Source: a virus. From it: a DNA stretch of 40,189 nucleotides. The translations under genes and the position numbers were made by a program. The notes below the pieces were generated by a model that saw only the letters and a program-made list of their open reading frames with translations, made no database searches and was not told the DNA's origin. This document shows positions 24,539 through 33,990 of the stretch, piece by piece; the first letter of the stretch is position 1, and every line of letters starts with the position of its first letter. The stretch lies in the IMG/VR virus record IMGVR_UViG_3300045988_065743. One strand, 5' to 3'.

Positions 24539-24566
24539 ATTATGACTAAAAAATGCAAAAAGTCAA
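24539..24566 (-). promoter_or_regulatory. Sigma-70-type promoter of the moron
   Basis: Minus strand reads TTGACT - 16 nt - CATAAT, followed by the RBS and ATG. Confidence 0.6.
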
Positions 24567-24584
24567 GCGAAATGAGGTGATTCA

Positions 24585-26870
24585 ATGGCGGATGGGTCTG
24601 TCGTGGTGGAAGTAAACGTTGACGACAAGCAGGCGCGAAAAGAGCTCAATGCACTTACAAGGAAAATCTCTGGTTTATCTGAAAAACTAAATGATCTGGA
24701 AAGAGAAAAGCTCCCGCTGGTAGAGCAGTCGGCACAGCTCGGCGCAAATCTCGATGCGGCAAAAGCAACTCTTGAACATATGAAAAGCGGAGCGGAATTT
24801 TTTACATCCGACTCGATTGCAAACCAGCAAGCACAAGTGAACGCCATGCAGAAAGAGTTTGATTCGGCGGCGTTAAAGGTGGAAACGATCAATGCAAAAA
24901 TCAACAAAACCGCTGCGTCTCTTGACAATGCAAAGAGAAAAGCGGGAGAACTTAGTGGGCAGCTTGCTGGAGCAAAAAATGGCACAAGAGAGTTGTCCCC
25001 CGCTGCAGAGGAAGCCGGGAAGCGATTCACAAAGCTTGGAAACCGAATCAAGGGGCTTGCAAGGCGTGTGTTTGTTTTTACGCTGATTACAGCCGCGCTG
25101 CGCAAAATCAGGGAGTATATGTGGTCGGCAATCCAGACAAACACCGATGCAATGGCAGCGGTTGCCAAGCTTAAAGGTGCGCTGCGTACACTGGCCCAGC
25201 CGATTGTAAACATCGTTATCCCGGCGTTTACGCTACTCGCAAACGTGCTTACAACGGTGGTAAATACAGCTGCTCGGCTGCTATCTGCACTGTTTGGAAA
25301 CACTCTTGCATCTTCTCAGAAAGCGGCTGAAAGCCTTTATGACCAGCAGAAAGCGATTGATGGTGTTGGTTCTGCCGCGAAGAAAGCCAGTAAATATCTG
25401 GCACCTTTTGATGAGCTGAACACAATGAACGGAGATTCCGATAGCTCGGGAGGGGAAAGTGCAAGCGGTGGAATCGCACCGGATTTCACAAGCACAGTCA
25501 GCAGCGGATTGACTGCCGTTGCAACCTTGTTTACCGGAATCGCCCTTCTTGCATTGGGCGCAGTGTTGACTTTTTCTGGCGCAAATATACCGATCGGAAT
25601 TGCTCTGATGGTTGCTGGTGCGCTGGCGGTATATGGCGCCGCCTCCGAAAATTGGGGTCTTATTGCAGAAACTTTGCAAGGATCACTTGCGGTTATAGTG
25701 ACTATTGTAGCCGGAGCTTTGCTTGCCCTTGGCATAATCCTTGTTATGACAAGCGCAAACATCCCGCTTGGAATTGGCATGATTATAGCTGGCGCTGCAT
25801 CTTTGGCCGCCGTTGTTGCCGTCAACTGGGATACCATAACAGGGTTTATAAGTGACAACATAGATGTAATTGCCGGTATTGTTGGAGCCGCCTTCCTTGT
25901 ACTTGGCGCCATACTTGCTCTTTCAGGCGCAAATATTCCGCTCGGAGTAGGATTGCTTTTGGTTGGCGCTGCATCTTTGGCGGCATCTGCAACCGTTAAT
26001 TGGGAAGCAATCCAAAACGCAATAAAAGGGCCTATTGGCGCAGTAACTGCAATTTTGAGCGGCGCGTTGCTTGTGCTTGGCGCCGCATTGCTGTTTACTT
26101 TTGCAAATGTCCCTCTTGGCCTTGGGCTTATGGCTGCTGGAGCGGTTGGGCTTGCGACGGCGATTGTTCCAAATTGGGACAGTATTACGCAGGCGCTGCA
26201 AGGTCCACTGGGAAAAACCCTTGCCATGATAGGCGGGTTTCTTGTGATACTCGGCCTTATGCTACTCTTTACGGGCGTTGGTATCCCGCTTGGTATCGGG
26301 TTGCTGCTGGCTGGCGGCGCAAGCTTGGCCGCTGCGATCGCGCCAAACTGGAATTTTATCACAGACAAAATAAAGGGCGTATGGCAGAAAATCAAAGATT
26401 TCTGGAACGCTAAAATTGCTCCTATTTTTACAACGCAATGGTGGCTTAACTTGGGGAAAAACATCATGAATGGTTTGATTACCGGAGTTGAAAAAGGCAT
26501 TAACTGGGTGCTTGGCGGTGTAAGTGACCTCGTAAATGGCATCACAGGAATGATAAACAAAATCCCTGGTATCAACATCAAAAAAGTTGACTGGGGAAAT
26601 GTGCACATTCCCCGCCTTGCCCAAGGCGCTGTTATCCCTGCAAACCGCGAGTTCTTGGCGGTGCTGGGCGACCAGAAGCACGGCACAAACATCGAGGCAC
26701 CAGCTGATTTGATCCGCCAGATCGTCCGAGAGGAAGTCGGACAAGCATCCGGAAGCACCCATGTGACCATTGTGCTGGACAGCGTGGACGGGAAGAAACT
26801 GTTCGATGCTATCGTCAAGGAGAACAATTCTGTGATTCGCGCAACTGGTGCAAGCCCTTTGAAAGTGTAA
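24585..26870 (+). CDS. Tape measure protein
   Basis: 761 aa. N-terminal coiled coil, a central Gly/Ala-rich hydrophobic repeat region, and the conserved C-terminal end. Lies in the TMP slot. Confidence 0.85.
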   Translation: MADGSVVVEVNVDDKQARKELNALTRKISGLSEKLNDLEREKLPLVEQSAQLGANLDAAKATLEHMKSGAEFFTSDSIANQQAQVNAMQKEFDSAALKVETINAKINKTAASLDNAKRKAGELSGQLAGAKNGTRELSPAAEEAGKRFTKLGNRIKGLARRVFVFTLITAALRKIREYMWSAIQTNTDAMAAVAKLKGALRTLAQPIVNIVIPAFTLLANVLTTVVNTAARLLSALFGNTLASSQKAAESLYDQQKAIDGVGSAAKKASKYLAPFDELNTMNGDSDSSGGESASGGIAPDFTSTVSSGLTAVATLFTGIALLALGAVLTFSGANIPIGIALMVAGALAVYGAASENWGLIAETLQGSLAVIVTIVAGALLALGIILVMTSANIPLGIGMIIAGAASLAAVVAVNWDTITGFISDNIDVIAGIVGAAFLVLGAILALSGANIPLGVGLLLVGAASLAASATVNWEAIQNAIKGPIGAVTAILSGALLVLGAALLFTFANVPLGLGLMAAGAVGLATAIVPNWDSITQALQGPLGKTLAMIGGFLVILGLMLLFTGVGIPLGIGLLLAGGASLAAAIAPNWNFITDKIKGVWQKIKDFWNAKIAPIFTTQWWLNLGKNIMNGLITGVEKGINWVLGGVSDLVNGITGMINKIPGINIKKVDWGNVHIPRLAQGAVIPANREFLAVLGDQKHGTNIEAPADLIRQIVREEVGQASGSTHVTIVLDSVDGKKLFDAIVKENNSVIRATGASPLKV
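25536..26405 (+). repeat. Five tandem 174-bp (58-aa) repeats within the TMP
   Basis: The (S/T)GANIPLG landmark recurs at exact 174-nt spacing (25578, 25752, 25926, 26100, 26274). Each unit reads ...LxLGxxLxxSGANIPLGxGLxxAGAxSLAAxxxxNWxxI... Confidence 0.85.
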
Positions 26871-26879
26871 GGTGTATGA

Positions 26880-27254
26880 ATGGATGTACTGAAAATTAAG
26901 AAGAACGATGGAACAAGTGTCGTTCCTCCAACACCCGCCGAACTGGAATGGAACCTATCAGATCTTGATGGGGATAATACTGGCAGAAACCAAAGCGGGA
27001 ACTTGTTCCGTGACCGAGTAGCCGTAAAGCGAAAAATAAAATGCACATGGCTGCCGATGGACGGGGCGAATATGTCTAAGTTGCTATCTGCCGTGACAGA
27101 CCCCTTTTTTGAGCTTACATACCCTGATGCGTTAGATGGGAAAAACAGAACAATCACCTGCTATGTGGGTGATCGTTCTGCTCCTATTATGCGCCCCAAC
27201 AATGATGGCGTATGGTTGTGGGGACAAATTTCCATGAACTTCATCGAGAGGTGA
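26880..27254 (+). CDS. Small distal-tail-type protein (assigned by position)
   Basis: 124 aa, directly after the TMP. Confidence 0.45.
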   Translation: MDVLKIKKNDGTSVVPPTPAELEWNLSDLDGDNTGRNQSGNLFRDRVAVKRKIKCTWLPMDGANMSKLLSAVTDPFFELTYPDALDGKNRTITCYVGDRSAPIMRPNNDGVWLWGQISMNFIER

Positions 27255-27257
27255 GCC

Positions 27258-29048
27258 ATGCATACTGTAACAGACGCATTTAACGCCGCGTGTTCTGCAC
27301 CGGGGCGTGAAATCACCAGCAAGGTAAATTTCAACGGTACGACAGACCTTCCGGCATCGGAGATACAGGAGATCGTTGTCACGGAGCCGTTTGGCTCCTC
27401 AGACGGCGTGACCATCGGAGCGACGTTTTCCAGTCAGTGCAAGGTCGTGGTTTACAAGCAGACCCCCGCCTTGCAGCTCTCCGGCGGAAATTTTATCCCT
27501 TACGCGGGGATCAAAGTAAACGGCACGGCACAGTTTGTGCCGAAAGGCAAGTTTTATATCCCCGCCGACGGCGTGGAACAATCCGGCAAGTTATGGCTCA
27601 CCATTACGGGCTACGACCGCATGGCGGGGCTTACAGCGGACTATGTGCCTACCGTCGCATTTCCGGCCACGCCTGCGCAGGTTTTGACAGATGTTTGCAC
27701 ACAGGCCGGAGTGACGTCGCCCACTGTGGAGCTGCCCGACATCCAAATCGCGGCAGCCTATACGGGTACGCTGCGGGAACAGCTTGGCTGGCTGGCCGGT
27801 CTTATCGGCTGCAACGCAAAATTCGACGCCACCGGAAACCTTGTGTTCTGCTGGTACGCCGACACTGGCTTGACCCTTGGCTGGGATGTCCAGCACATGA
27901 ACGGACTGGAGCTGACCGCAGATGGCGCATTTACCATCAATAGCTTGCTTACCGGCACGGAGGACAACCCCATCAGTGTGGGCAGCGGCGCGGGGATCGT
28001 CGCAACCAACCCGTACATGACCGAGGATGTCGCCGCAGATGTGTTTGCTAAAATCTCCGGCAAACAGTTTATGCCCTGTAAGCTCAAATGGCGCGGCAAC
28101 CCCGCCGTGGAAGCGGGAGACAGCGTTACTGTGACTGGTCTGGACAAAAAGGCGCTGACTGTCTATGTCATGGAGCAGCGCTTGACGGTAAAGGGCGGCA
28201 TGTCGGCGGAAACTACTTGCTACGGCACGGAGGACGCCGAATACGCCATAAAATCCCCTACAGAGCGAAAATTCCAGCAGAAGTATCAAGACATTTTTAA
28301 ATCGTTTCAAGAGGCCACTGAAAAAATCATCGGCGCCAAGGGCGGATATTTTGAGATAACCTATGATGCAGACGGCTACCCTACCGGATGGACATTGCGC
28401 GACACCGCGACCGTTGAGGATAACACCAAAATGTGGATCATGTCCACCGGCGGTCTGGGCTTTTCGCAGGACGGCGGGAAAACCATCAGCAAAGTCGCCC
28501 TCACAATGGACGGCGAAATTGACGGTTCTGCTTTGGCGATTGGGTCTGTGACACAAGATGCAGTTTCTGGCCTATCACAGCAATTCTCCGTAATGGATGG
28601 GGAGATAAACTCCAAGATCAGCAAGACCGAAGCGACAAGCAGTTTTGCGGGAAAGTCCGAATTTGAAAATCTCACAAAAACAACGGAAGCGGCGATAAAA
28701 GCAAATTCAGAATCTATTACGCAAAATTATTCCGAAATCAAAGAGCTTTCGGACAAAATCGCCGCCACCGAGGGTTATATCAAAACCGGCAAAATCGCCG
28801 AGGACGAGAACCAAAACCCCATATATGGTGTCGAGGTCGGTCAGACAACGGACGACTTGGAATTCTCGGTTTTTGCCCGTTTTACGCCCGGAAAGCTGTC
28901 GTTTTACGACGGAAACGGAAATGAGATCAGCTATTTTTCCGGGCAAAAACTCCACATCAAGGAAGCTGTTGTGCTGAATGCCATGAATCTTGGCGGATAT
29001 GAGATCAGTACGAAAAAAGGATTGACATTTAAGTGGGCAGGACGGTGA
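27258..29048 (+). CDS. Tail tip / baseplate hub (Tal-like) protein
   Basis: 596 aa, second gene after the TMP, with a coiled-coil C-terminal part. Confidence 0.6.
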   Translation: MHTVTDAFNAACSAPGREITSKVNFNGTTDLPASEIQEIVVTEPFGSSDGVTIGATFSSQCKVVVYKQTPALQLSGGNFIPYAGIKVNGTAQFVPKGKFYIPADGVEQSGKLWLTITGYDRMAGLTADYVPTVAFPATPAQVLTDVCTQAGVTSPTVELPDIQIAAAYTGTLREQLGWLAGLIGCNAKFDATGNLVFCWYADTGLTLGWDVQHMNGLELTADGAFTINSLLTGTEDNPISVGSGAGIVATNPYMTEDVAADVFAKISGKQFMPCKLKWRGNPAVEAGDSVTVTGLDKKALTVYVMEQRLTVKGGMSAETTCYGTEDAEYAIKSPTERKFQQKYQDIFKSFQEATEKIIGAKGGYFEITYDADGYPTGWTLRDTATVEDNTKMWIMSTGGLGFSQDGGKTISKVALTMDGEIDGSALAIGSVTQDAVSGLSQQFSVMDGEINSKISKTEATSSFAGKSEFENLTKTTEAAIKANSESITQNYSEIKELSDKIAATEGYIKTGKIAEDENQNPIYGVEVGQTTDDLEFSVFARFTPGKLSFYDGNGNEISYFSGQKLHIKEAVVLNAMNLGGYEISTKKGLTFKWAGR

Positions 29049-29052
29049 TAAC

Positions 29053-30987
29053 ATGGCATCGAGCGGTATCGTAAAAACTAACACGGTATATGACTCCTAT
29101 TTCTGGGTGAAATGGGAGCTGGCCGGTCAGGATATTGCCGGCAATAAATCCACCATCAGCTGGTCGTGCGGCATTACACCTGGGCATCAGTTCTATTCCA
29201 ACGCTGTAAAAATGTCCGCCGTTGCCATCAATGGCGTGACGGTGTACGCCGGTGGGACGTACTCCAACATCACCGACTACAAGGAACGCACCCTCGCTTC
29301 CGGCACCCTGACCATCGCCCACGATTCGGACGGCAGCAAGACCTTCACGGTGGCGGCCTTCAGCGGGCAGGTGTGGAAGGACAGCGGCTATCTGACGGCC
29401 ACGGCGGCGGCGCAGAGCTTTGCGCTGCCCACCATTCCCCGCGCTACCGTGCCGGTAATTGGCGCGGTAGTCATGGGGCAAACCGTAACCATCGGCCTGC
29501 CCCGCGCAGTGCCGAGTTTTACCCACACCCTGACCTATACTTTCGGCTCAGCCTCCGGCACCATTGCCGAGGGCGCGGGCGCAGAAGCGCAATGGGCGGT
29601 GCCCTATGACCTTGCCGCGCAGATCCCCAACAGCGCCACCGGCACGGGTACGCTGACATGCAAGACCTACAGCGGCAGCACCCTCATAGGCACACAGGCG
29701 GTCACATTTACTGCCACGGTGCCCAGCAACAGCACCACGCAGCCCAGCGACACCCTCGCCGTGTCGCCCGTCAGCTCTTTGGCGGCGCCGTTTAATGGGC
29801 TGTACATCCAAGGCCGCACCAAGGCCAAGATCACCCACACCGCCAGCGGCAAATATGGCGCGACCATCAAATCCTATGCGGCCACGGTGGACGGGCAGAC
29901 CTACACAGGGCAGGCGCCTACCACGGACATTTTGGCGACCCCTGGCACGCTGACGATCACCGGCACGGCCACCGACAGTCGCGGCATCATCGGCACGGCG
30001 CTTGCGTCCATCGCGGTGCTGGCCTACACGCCGCCCTCTGTGGAGCGCAACACATCCACGGACGCCCTTGTCTGCGCACGCGCACTTGCTAACGGCACAC
30101 TGGACGATGACGGCACATTGCTCTATGTAGCATGCAGCCGCAAGTTTTCTGCCCTAAACGGCAATAACGGCGCCTCGGTGCAAGTCCGCTATAAGGCCGA
30201 GTCCGGCGAGTGGTCTGATTGGGTCACATTTTTGTCCGAAAGCACAAGCGGCGATAACTATGCCGGCGTCATTGCAGGCATAACGCTGGCGGTGGAATCC
30301 CCGTATGCCATTGAGCTGCGCGCGGTGGACAAGCTGGGCGAATCCGGCGGATCGCTGTCTTTTGCCGTCCCTACCTCTGAGGCGACTGTAGACTTGGGCG
30401 AGGGCGGCAACTCTCTGGGCGTTGGCCGCCGCGCCCATGTGGGCACGGAAAAACGGCTTGACGTTGCATGGAACTCAAATTTTGAAAAAGATGTCAGGGT
30501 AGACGGAGATTTGTTTGTGAGCGATTTGACATCCCTTAAAGCCGCGTTGGTGGACATTTTTCTGCCTGTGGGGAAAGTTTACATTTCGGCTGATCCGACC
30601 AGCCCCGCAGAGCTTTTCGGCGGGACGTGGGAGCGGCTGGAGGACGTGTTTTTACTGGCGGCGGGCGCGAAGCATGCGGCGGGCAGCACCGGCGGCGAGG
30701 AAAAGCACACGCTTACAGTAGGAGAGATGCCAAGCCACGGAAATCACTTGATGCAAGGAAGAATGTACGAAGAACTGGCTGAGAACGCATCAAATGATAG
30801 CAGCTACCGTAGTAATACGTTGTATTTACCTAAGACCGCTTTCGCATCAACGGGCAATATTAATAGAGGGTGGAAAGATTGGAACGGAGGGGAAATGTAT
30901 CCGGCAGGAACACTAAAAGGCGGAGGGAATTCCCACAACAACATGCCGCCCTATCTGGCGGTTTACACTTGGAAACGGATTGCATAA
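29053..30987 (+). CDS. Tail fibre / receptor-binding protein (DUF859-like N-terminus, tail-collar C-terminus)
   Basis: TLTIAHDSDGSKTFTVAAF (DUF859-type). C-terminal GGEEKHTLTVGEMPSHGNH...GGGNSHNNMPPYLAVYTWKR is the collar-domain signature. Confidence 0.75.
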   Translation: MASSGIVKTNTVYDSYFWVKWELAGQDIAGNKSTISWSCGITPGHQFYSNAVKMSAVAINGVTVYAGGTYSNITDYKERTLASGTLTIAHDSDGSKTFTVAAFSGQVWKDSGYLTATAAAQSFALPTIPRATVPVIGAVVMGQTVTIGLPRAVPSFTHTLTYTFGSASGTIAEGAGAEAQWAVPYDLAAQIPNSATGTGTLTCKTYSGSTLIGTQAVTFTATVPSNSTTQPSDTLAVSPVSSLAAPFNGLYIQGRTKAKITHTASGKYGATIKSYAATVDGQTYTGQAPTTDILATPGTLTITGTATDSRGIIGTALASIAVLAYTPPSVERNTSTDALVCARALANGTLDDDGTLLYVACSRKFSALNGNNGASVQVRYKAESGEWSDWVTFLSESTSGDNYAGVIAGITLAVESPYAIELRAVDKLGESGGSLSFAVPTSEATVDLGEGGNSLGVGRRAHVGTEKRLDVAWNSNFEKDVRVDGDLFVSDLTSLKAALVDIFLPVGKVYISADPTSPAELFGGTWERLEDVFLLAAGAKHAAGSTGGEEKHTLTVGEMPSHGNHLMQGRMYEELAENASNDSSYRSNTLYLPKTAFASTGNINRGWKDWNGGEMYPAGTLKGGGNSHNNMPPYLAVYTWKRIA

Positions 30988-30997
30988 GGAGATCATC

Positions 30998-31252
30998 ATG
31001 ACCGACACCATCATTGTAGCCCTCATCACCGGCGGACTGTCTCTGCTGGGGGCAATTATCACCAGCAACAAGACCACCCGGGGTGTACAGGCCAAGCTTG
31101 ACACGCAGCAGGCTGTCACCGACACGAAGCTGGAGGAGCTGACCCGGGAGGTGCGGGAACACAACAATTTCGCCCGCCGTGTGCCGGTGATGGAGGAGCA
31201 AATCAAAGTCATTAACCACCGGATCGCCGATCTGGAACAAACCCATCAGTAA
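30998..31252 (+). CDS. N-terminally membrane-anchored coiled-coil protein (lysis-associated, XhlA-like?)
   Basis: 84 aa. TM segment IIVALITGGLSLLGAIIT followed by heptad-like helices. Upstream of the holin. Confidence 0.45.
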   Translation: MTDTIIVALITGGLSLLGAIITSNKTTRGVQAKLDTQQAVTDTKLEELTREVREHNNFARRVPVMEEQIKVINHRIADLEQTHQ

Positions 31253-31295
31253 TTTTGTGTTGTGCCCGATTTGGGCACGGAAAGGAGCAAAAACC

Positions 31296-31511
31296 ATGAA
31301 AATCCCCAACAAGCTGTACGACATTCTCAAGTGGGTGGTCATTATCGTGCTGCCCGCCGTAGCGACGCTGTATGCTGCCCTGTCCGCCGTGTGGGCGTGG
31401 CCTTACTCCGAGGAGGTCGTGACCACCATCACCGCCGTGGATACCTTCCTCGGCGCCGTGCTGTGCATCTCCGCAGCCACTTATAACAAGGGGGGCAATG
31501 ACAATGCCTAA
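31296..31511 (+). CDS. Holin (Dp-1/phi LC3-like)
   Basis: 71 aa. LYDILKWVVIIVLPAVATLYAALSAVW...TFLGAVLCISAATY gives two TMs. Overlaps the endolysin start. Confidence 0.7.
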   Translation: MKIPNKLYDILKWVVIIVLPAVATLYAALSAVWAWPYSEEVVTTITAVDTFLGAVLCISAATYNKGGNDNA

Positions 31512-32172
31512 GGTCTATCTGTCCCCCAGCAATCAGACCGACAACCGCTATGCCTACGGCAACACCACCGAGGCAGAGCAGTGCGGCCGCATCGCCGAGG
31601 CGTGCCGTGCGGCCTTGGAGCGCAGCGGCGTGACGGTGAAGCTGGGGCACATGCCCTCCATGCAGGAAAAGGTGCGGGAGTCCGATGCATTTGGCGCGGA
31701 GCTTCACGTTCCCATCCACACCAACGCCTTTAACGGCAAGGTCACGGGCACACGAATGTTCTGCTTCAACCAGAGCGGCGAGGGCATGAAGGCCTGCAAG
31801 GCTATCTTTGCCCGCCTGGCCCCGCTGACCCCCGGCACCAGCGAAAACATTCGGGTGGATGCGTCCCTGTACGAAGTACGGGCACCCAAAGCCCCTACGG
31901 CGTACATTGAGTGCGAGTTCCACGACAACGCCGAGGCGGCCAAGTGGATCGTGGAGAACACCGAACTTATCGGCGAGGCCATCGCCCGCGGCATCTGCGA
32001 CTACTTCGGCGTGACCTACAAGGAGAAGGAGCAGCCCAAGCCCGCCGAGCCTGTCGCTACCGACAAGCTCTACCGCGTTCAGGTGGGCGCGTTCGCCAAC
32101 CGCGAGAACGCTGAGAGGATGCTCCGGCGACTGAAGGACGCAGGGTTTGAGGGGTACATCCGAGAGGGGTAA
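31498..32172 (+). CDS. Endolysin: N-acetylmuramoyl-L-alanine amidase (Amidase_3-like) with a C-terminal SPOR domain
   Basis: VYLSPSNQ...HVPIHTNA...ECEFHDN metal/amidase blocks. C-terminal YRVQVGAFANRENAERMLRRLKDAGFEGYI is a SPOR signature. Confidence 0.8.
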   Translation: MTMPKVYLSPSNQTDNRYAYGNTTEAEQCGRIAEACRAALERSGVTVKLGHMPSMQEKVRESDAFGAELHVPIHTNAFNGKVTGTRMFCFNQSGEGMKACKAIFARLAPLTPGTSENIRVDASLYEVRAPKAPTAYIECEFHDNAEAAKWIVENTELIGEAIARGICDYFGVTYKEKEQPKPAEPVATDKLYRVQVGAFANRENAERMLRRLKDAGFEGYIREG

Positions 32173-32264
32173 AACAAACCCACTGGAGGGCGCAGAGGAT
32201 ACCGATACGCCGACCTCGCGCTCGTGCATAAAGCATCCGCACCTCCACGGCTATTTTTTTGTGT

Positions 32265-32510
32265 ATGAACAGAAACCACAAGGCCGTAAGGGATTTTCTG
32301 TCAAATCTGCCGCCGAAACGAGCCGTTGCTTTTGTTGATTCTTTTTTGCTTCCTGACAATGAAGCGATGGTGGTTATAGAATGCGATGTGCGCCGCAAAA
32401 GTTGCGTACAGGTATCTATGGAGCGGAATATGTCCGTTGAAACCGTAAAGCGGCACAGATGCAGAGCGTATCATAAAATTGCACAAGAACTATTTATCCC
32501 CCTGCCTTAA
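32265..32510 (+). CDS. Small sigma-70 region-4-like HTH protein (81 aa)
   Basis: VIECDVRRKSCVQVSMERNMSVETVKRHRCRAYHKIA resembles region 4.2. No convincing RBS. Confidence 0.4.
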   Translation: MNRNHKAVRDFLSNLPPKRAVAFVDSFLLPDNEAMVVIECDVRRKSCVQVSMERNMSVETVKRHRCRAYHKIAQELFIPLP

Positions 32511-32527
32511 CCGGCGGGGGGATTTTT
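32498..32527 (+). terminator. Rho-independent terminator
   Basis: cccccTgcc-ttaacc-ggcGggggg: 9-bp stem followed by aTTTTTgcTTTTT. Confidence 0.7.
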
Positions 32528-32602
32528 GCTTTTTCTGACACTTTTCAGGCACTTTCTGGTGCCTGTTTTTTTGTACCATAAAAGCAGAAAGAAGGTGGCA
32601 AA

Positions 32603-32740
32603 ATGTACGAACGGCTTATAGCCTGCGGTTACACGGAGCAAATGGCAAGGGATATTTTGACCTTGTTCCAAGACCCGGAAGAATTGCGGATATATGTATA
32701 TTTTGCCGAACTGTTTTGTAAAGAAAGGACGGTATGTTGA
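32603..32740 (+). CDS. Hypothetical small protein (45 aa)
   Basis: ATG behind AGAAGGTGG. MYERLIACGYTEQMARDILTLF... Overlaps the next start. Confidence 0.4.
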   Translation: MYERLIACGYTEQMARDILTLFQDPEELRIYVYFAELFCKERTVC

Positions 32741-33132
32741 TGGCATTTAATCCTTATTATCAGAATCCATATCAGCCGATGGGATATAACGGCCAGTACG
32801 GAAATTATGCCCCCCAGAACGCCGCAGGAGCCACGCAAGCGTTTGCGTGCCAAATTACAAGGGTAAACGGTAGAAACGGCGCAGAGGCTTTCAGAATGGC
32901 CCCAAACAGCTCCATTCTGCTGATGGATGAAAACGACCCCATTGTGTGGATGAAACAGACGGACGGCGCCGGGTATGCAACGGTAACGCCTTACACGGTT
33001 TCTCCGTATCAGGATACCCCGCCTGTGGATGTAAGCAGTCTGGAAGAACGCGTAAAGAGATTGGAGGACACAATCAATGGCAAATCCAATGATGCAAATG
33101 CTGATGGGAAGCGGAAGCCGAAAGCCGAATAA
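32734..33132 (+). CDS. Cargo protein with a Q/N/Y/P-rich N-terminus and a compact beta-type domain
   Basis: 132 aa. NPYYQNPYQPMGYNGQYGNYAPQN, then ITRVNGRNGAEAFRMAPNSSILLMDENDPIVWMKQTD. Confidence 0.55.
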   Translation: MLMAFNPYYQNPYQPMGYNGQYGNYAPQNAAGATQAFACQITRVNGRNGAEAFRMAPNSSILLMDENDPIVWMKQTDGAGYATVTPYTVSPYQDTPPVDVSSLEERVKRLEDTINGKSNDANADGKRKPKAE

Positions 33133-33295
33133 CCCCCTTGCGATGGTGGCAGAGTTCCGAAAATTTGCTGCCGGCATGACCCCGCAAAAAGCACAGCAGG
33201 AAATCGAGCGGTTACTAACTTCTGGGCAAATGAGCAAAGAGCAGTTTGCCGATTTGCAGAAACAAGCAAAGGACTTTATGCAATTCCTAAAATAG
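33077..33295 (+). CDS. Hypothetical helical protein (72 aa)
   Basis: RBS GGAGG 9 nt upstream. Overlaps the previous ORF by 56 nt. Confidence 0.45.
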   Translation: MANPMMQMLMGSGSRKPNNPLAMVAEFRKFAAGMTPQKAQQEIERLLTSGQMSKEQFADLQKQAKDFMQFLK

Positions 33296-33345
33296 GCCGG
33301 GTCGACACGGTTTATTTATAAAAATTTATGAAAGGAGTTTTCCAC

Positions 33346-33957
33346 ATGGAGAACGGTATGTCTCTTAGCGATATCGCCGCTGTGACGCGCGGTACAAACG
33401 AAGAAAACGGCTGGGGCTCCGGCTGGTTTCTCATCGTTGTTCTGTTCCTGTTCATGTTCGGTTTCGGCGGCAACGGCTGGAATCGGCAGGGTGAGTTCGG
33501 GCAGTTCGCTACCGCTGCCAGCCAGCAGGAGATTCTCTTCGGCCAGCAGTTTGGGCAGCTCAACGACCGCCTGACCAACATCGGTAACGGCATCTGCAAT
33601 CTCGGGTACGAGATGCAGGGCGGCATCGGGCAGTTGGGCAAGGAGATGGCTTTGGCGCAGAACGGCACCAACATGACCATCATGCAGACGGGCAACAGCA
33701 TCCAGAGCCAGATGGCGCAGTGCTGCTGCGACACCCAGCGGGCCATTGATGGCGTAAACGCCAACATCGAGGCCAAGTTTGCCGCTTTGGAGAAGTCCCA
33801 GCTTGAGCAGCGAATTGCGGAGCAGTCCGCCCGCATTGCCAGCCTTGAGATGGATAACCGGATGTATGGTGTGGTGCGCTATCCCAACGGCTACACATAC
33901 AACGCCGGTAATTCCCCCTTCTGCGGCTGCAACAGCTGCTGCGGCGTAAACATCTGA
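33346..33957 (+). CDS. Cargo membrane protein: Gly/Trp/Phe-rich TM, Q-rich coiled coil, Cys-rich tail
   Basis: ATG at 33346 behind AAAGGAG. GWGSGWFLIVVLFLFMFGFGGNGW, QCCCD, and C-terminal SPFCGCNSCCGVNI. Confidence 0.6.
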   Translation: MENGMSLSDIAAVTRGTNEENGWGSGWFLIVVLFLFMFGFGGNGWNRQGEFGQFATAASQQEILFGQQFGQLNDRLTNIGNGICNLGYEMQGGIGQLGKEMALAQNGTNMTIMQTGNSIQSQMAQCCCDTQRAIDGVNANIEAKFAALEKSQLEQRIAEQSARIASLEMDNRMYGVVRYPNGYTYNAGNSPFCGCNSCCGVNI

Positions 33958-33990
33958 CACAGAACGATAGGCCCCTTTTGGCCGGGTTAT

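Noticed and set aside
25337-27157. 606-aa antisense ORF across the tape measure gene, plus similar long minus-strand ORFs at 27591-28556, 19837-20649, 18747-19538, 8572-9234 and 20920-21519
   Set aside because: They lie antisense to well-supported structural genes. Their composition is low-complexity (Pro/Ala/Ser/Arg-rich), they have no RBS or promoter, and they are the expected stop-poor shadow frames of G+C-biased coding sequence.
27437-27943. Same-strand alternative-frame ORFs of 137-168 aa inside structural and MTase genes (27437-27943, 29166-29609, 26000-26413, 5384-5809)
   Set aside because: Arg/Gly/Cys/Trp-rich, non-protein-like translations with no RBS. Unlike 4631-5158, they show no protein-like segment.
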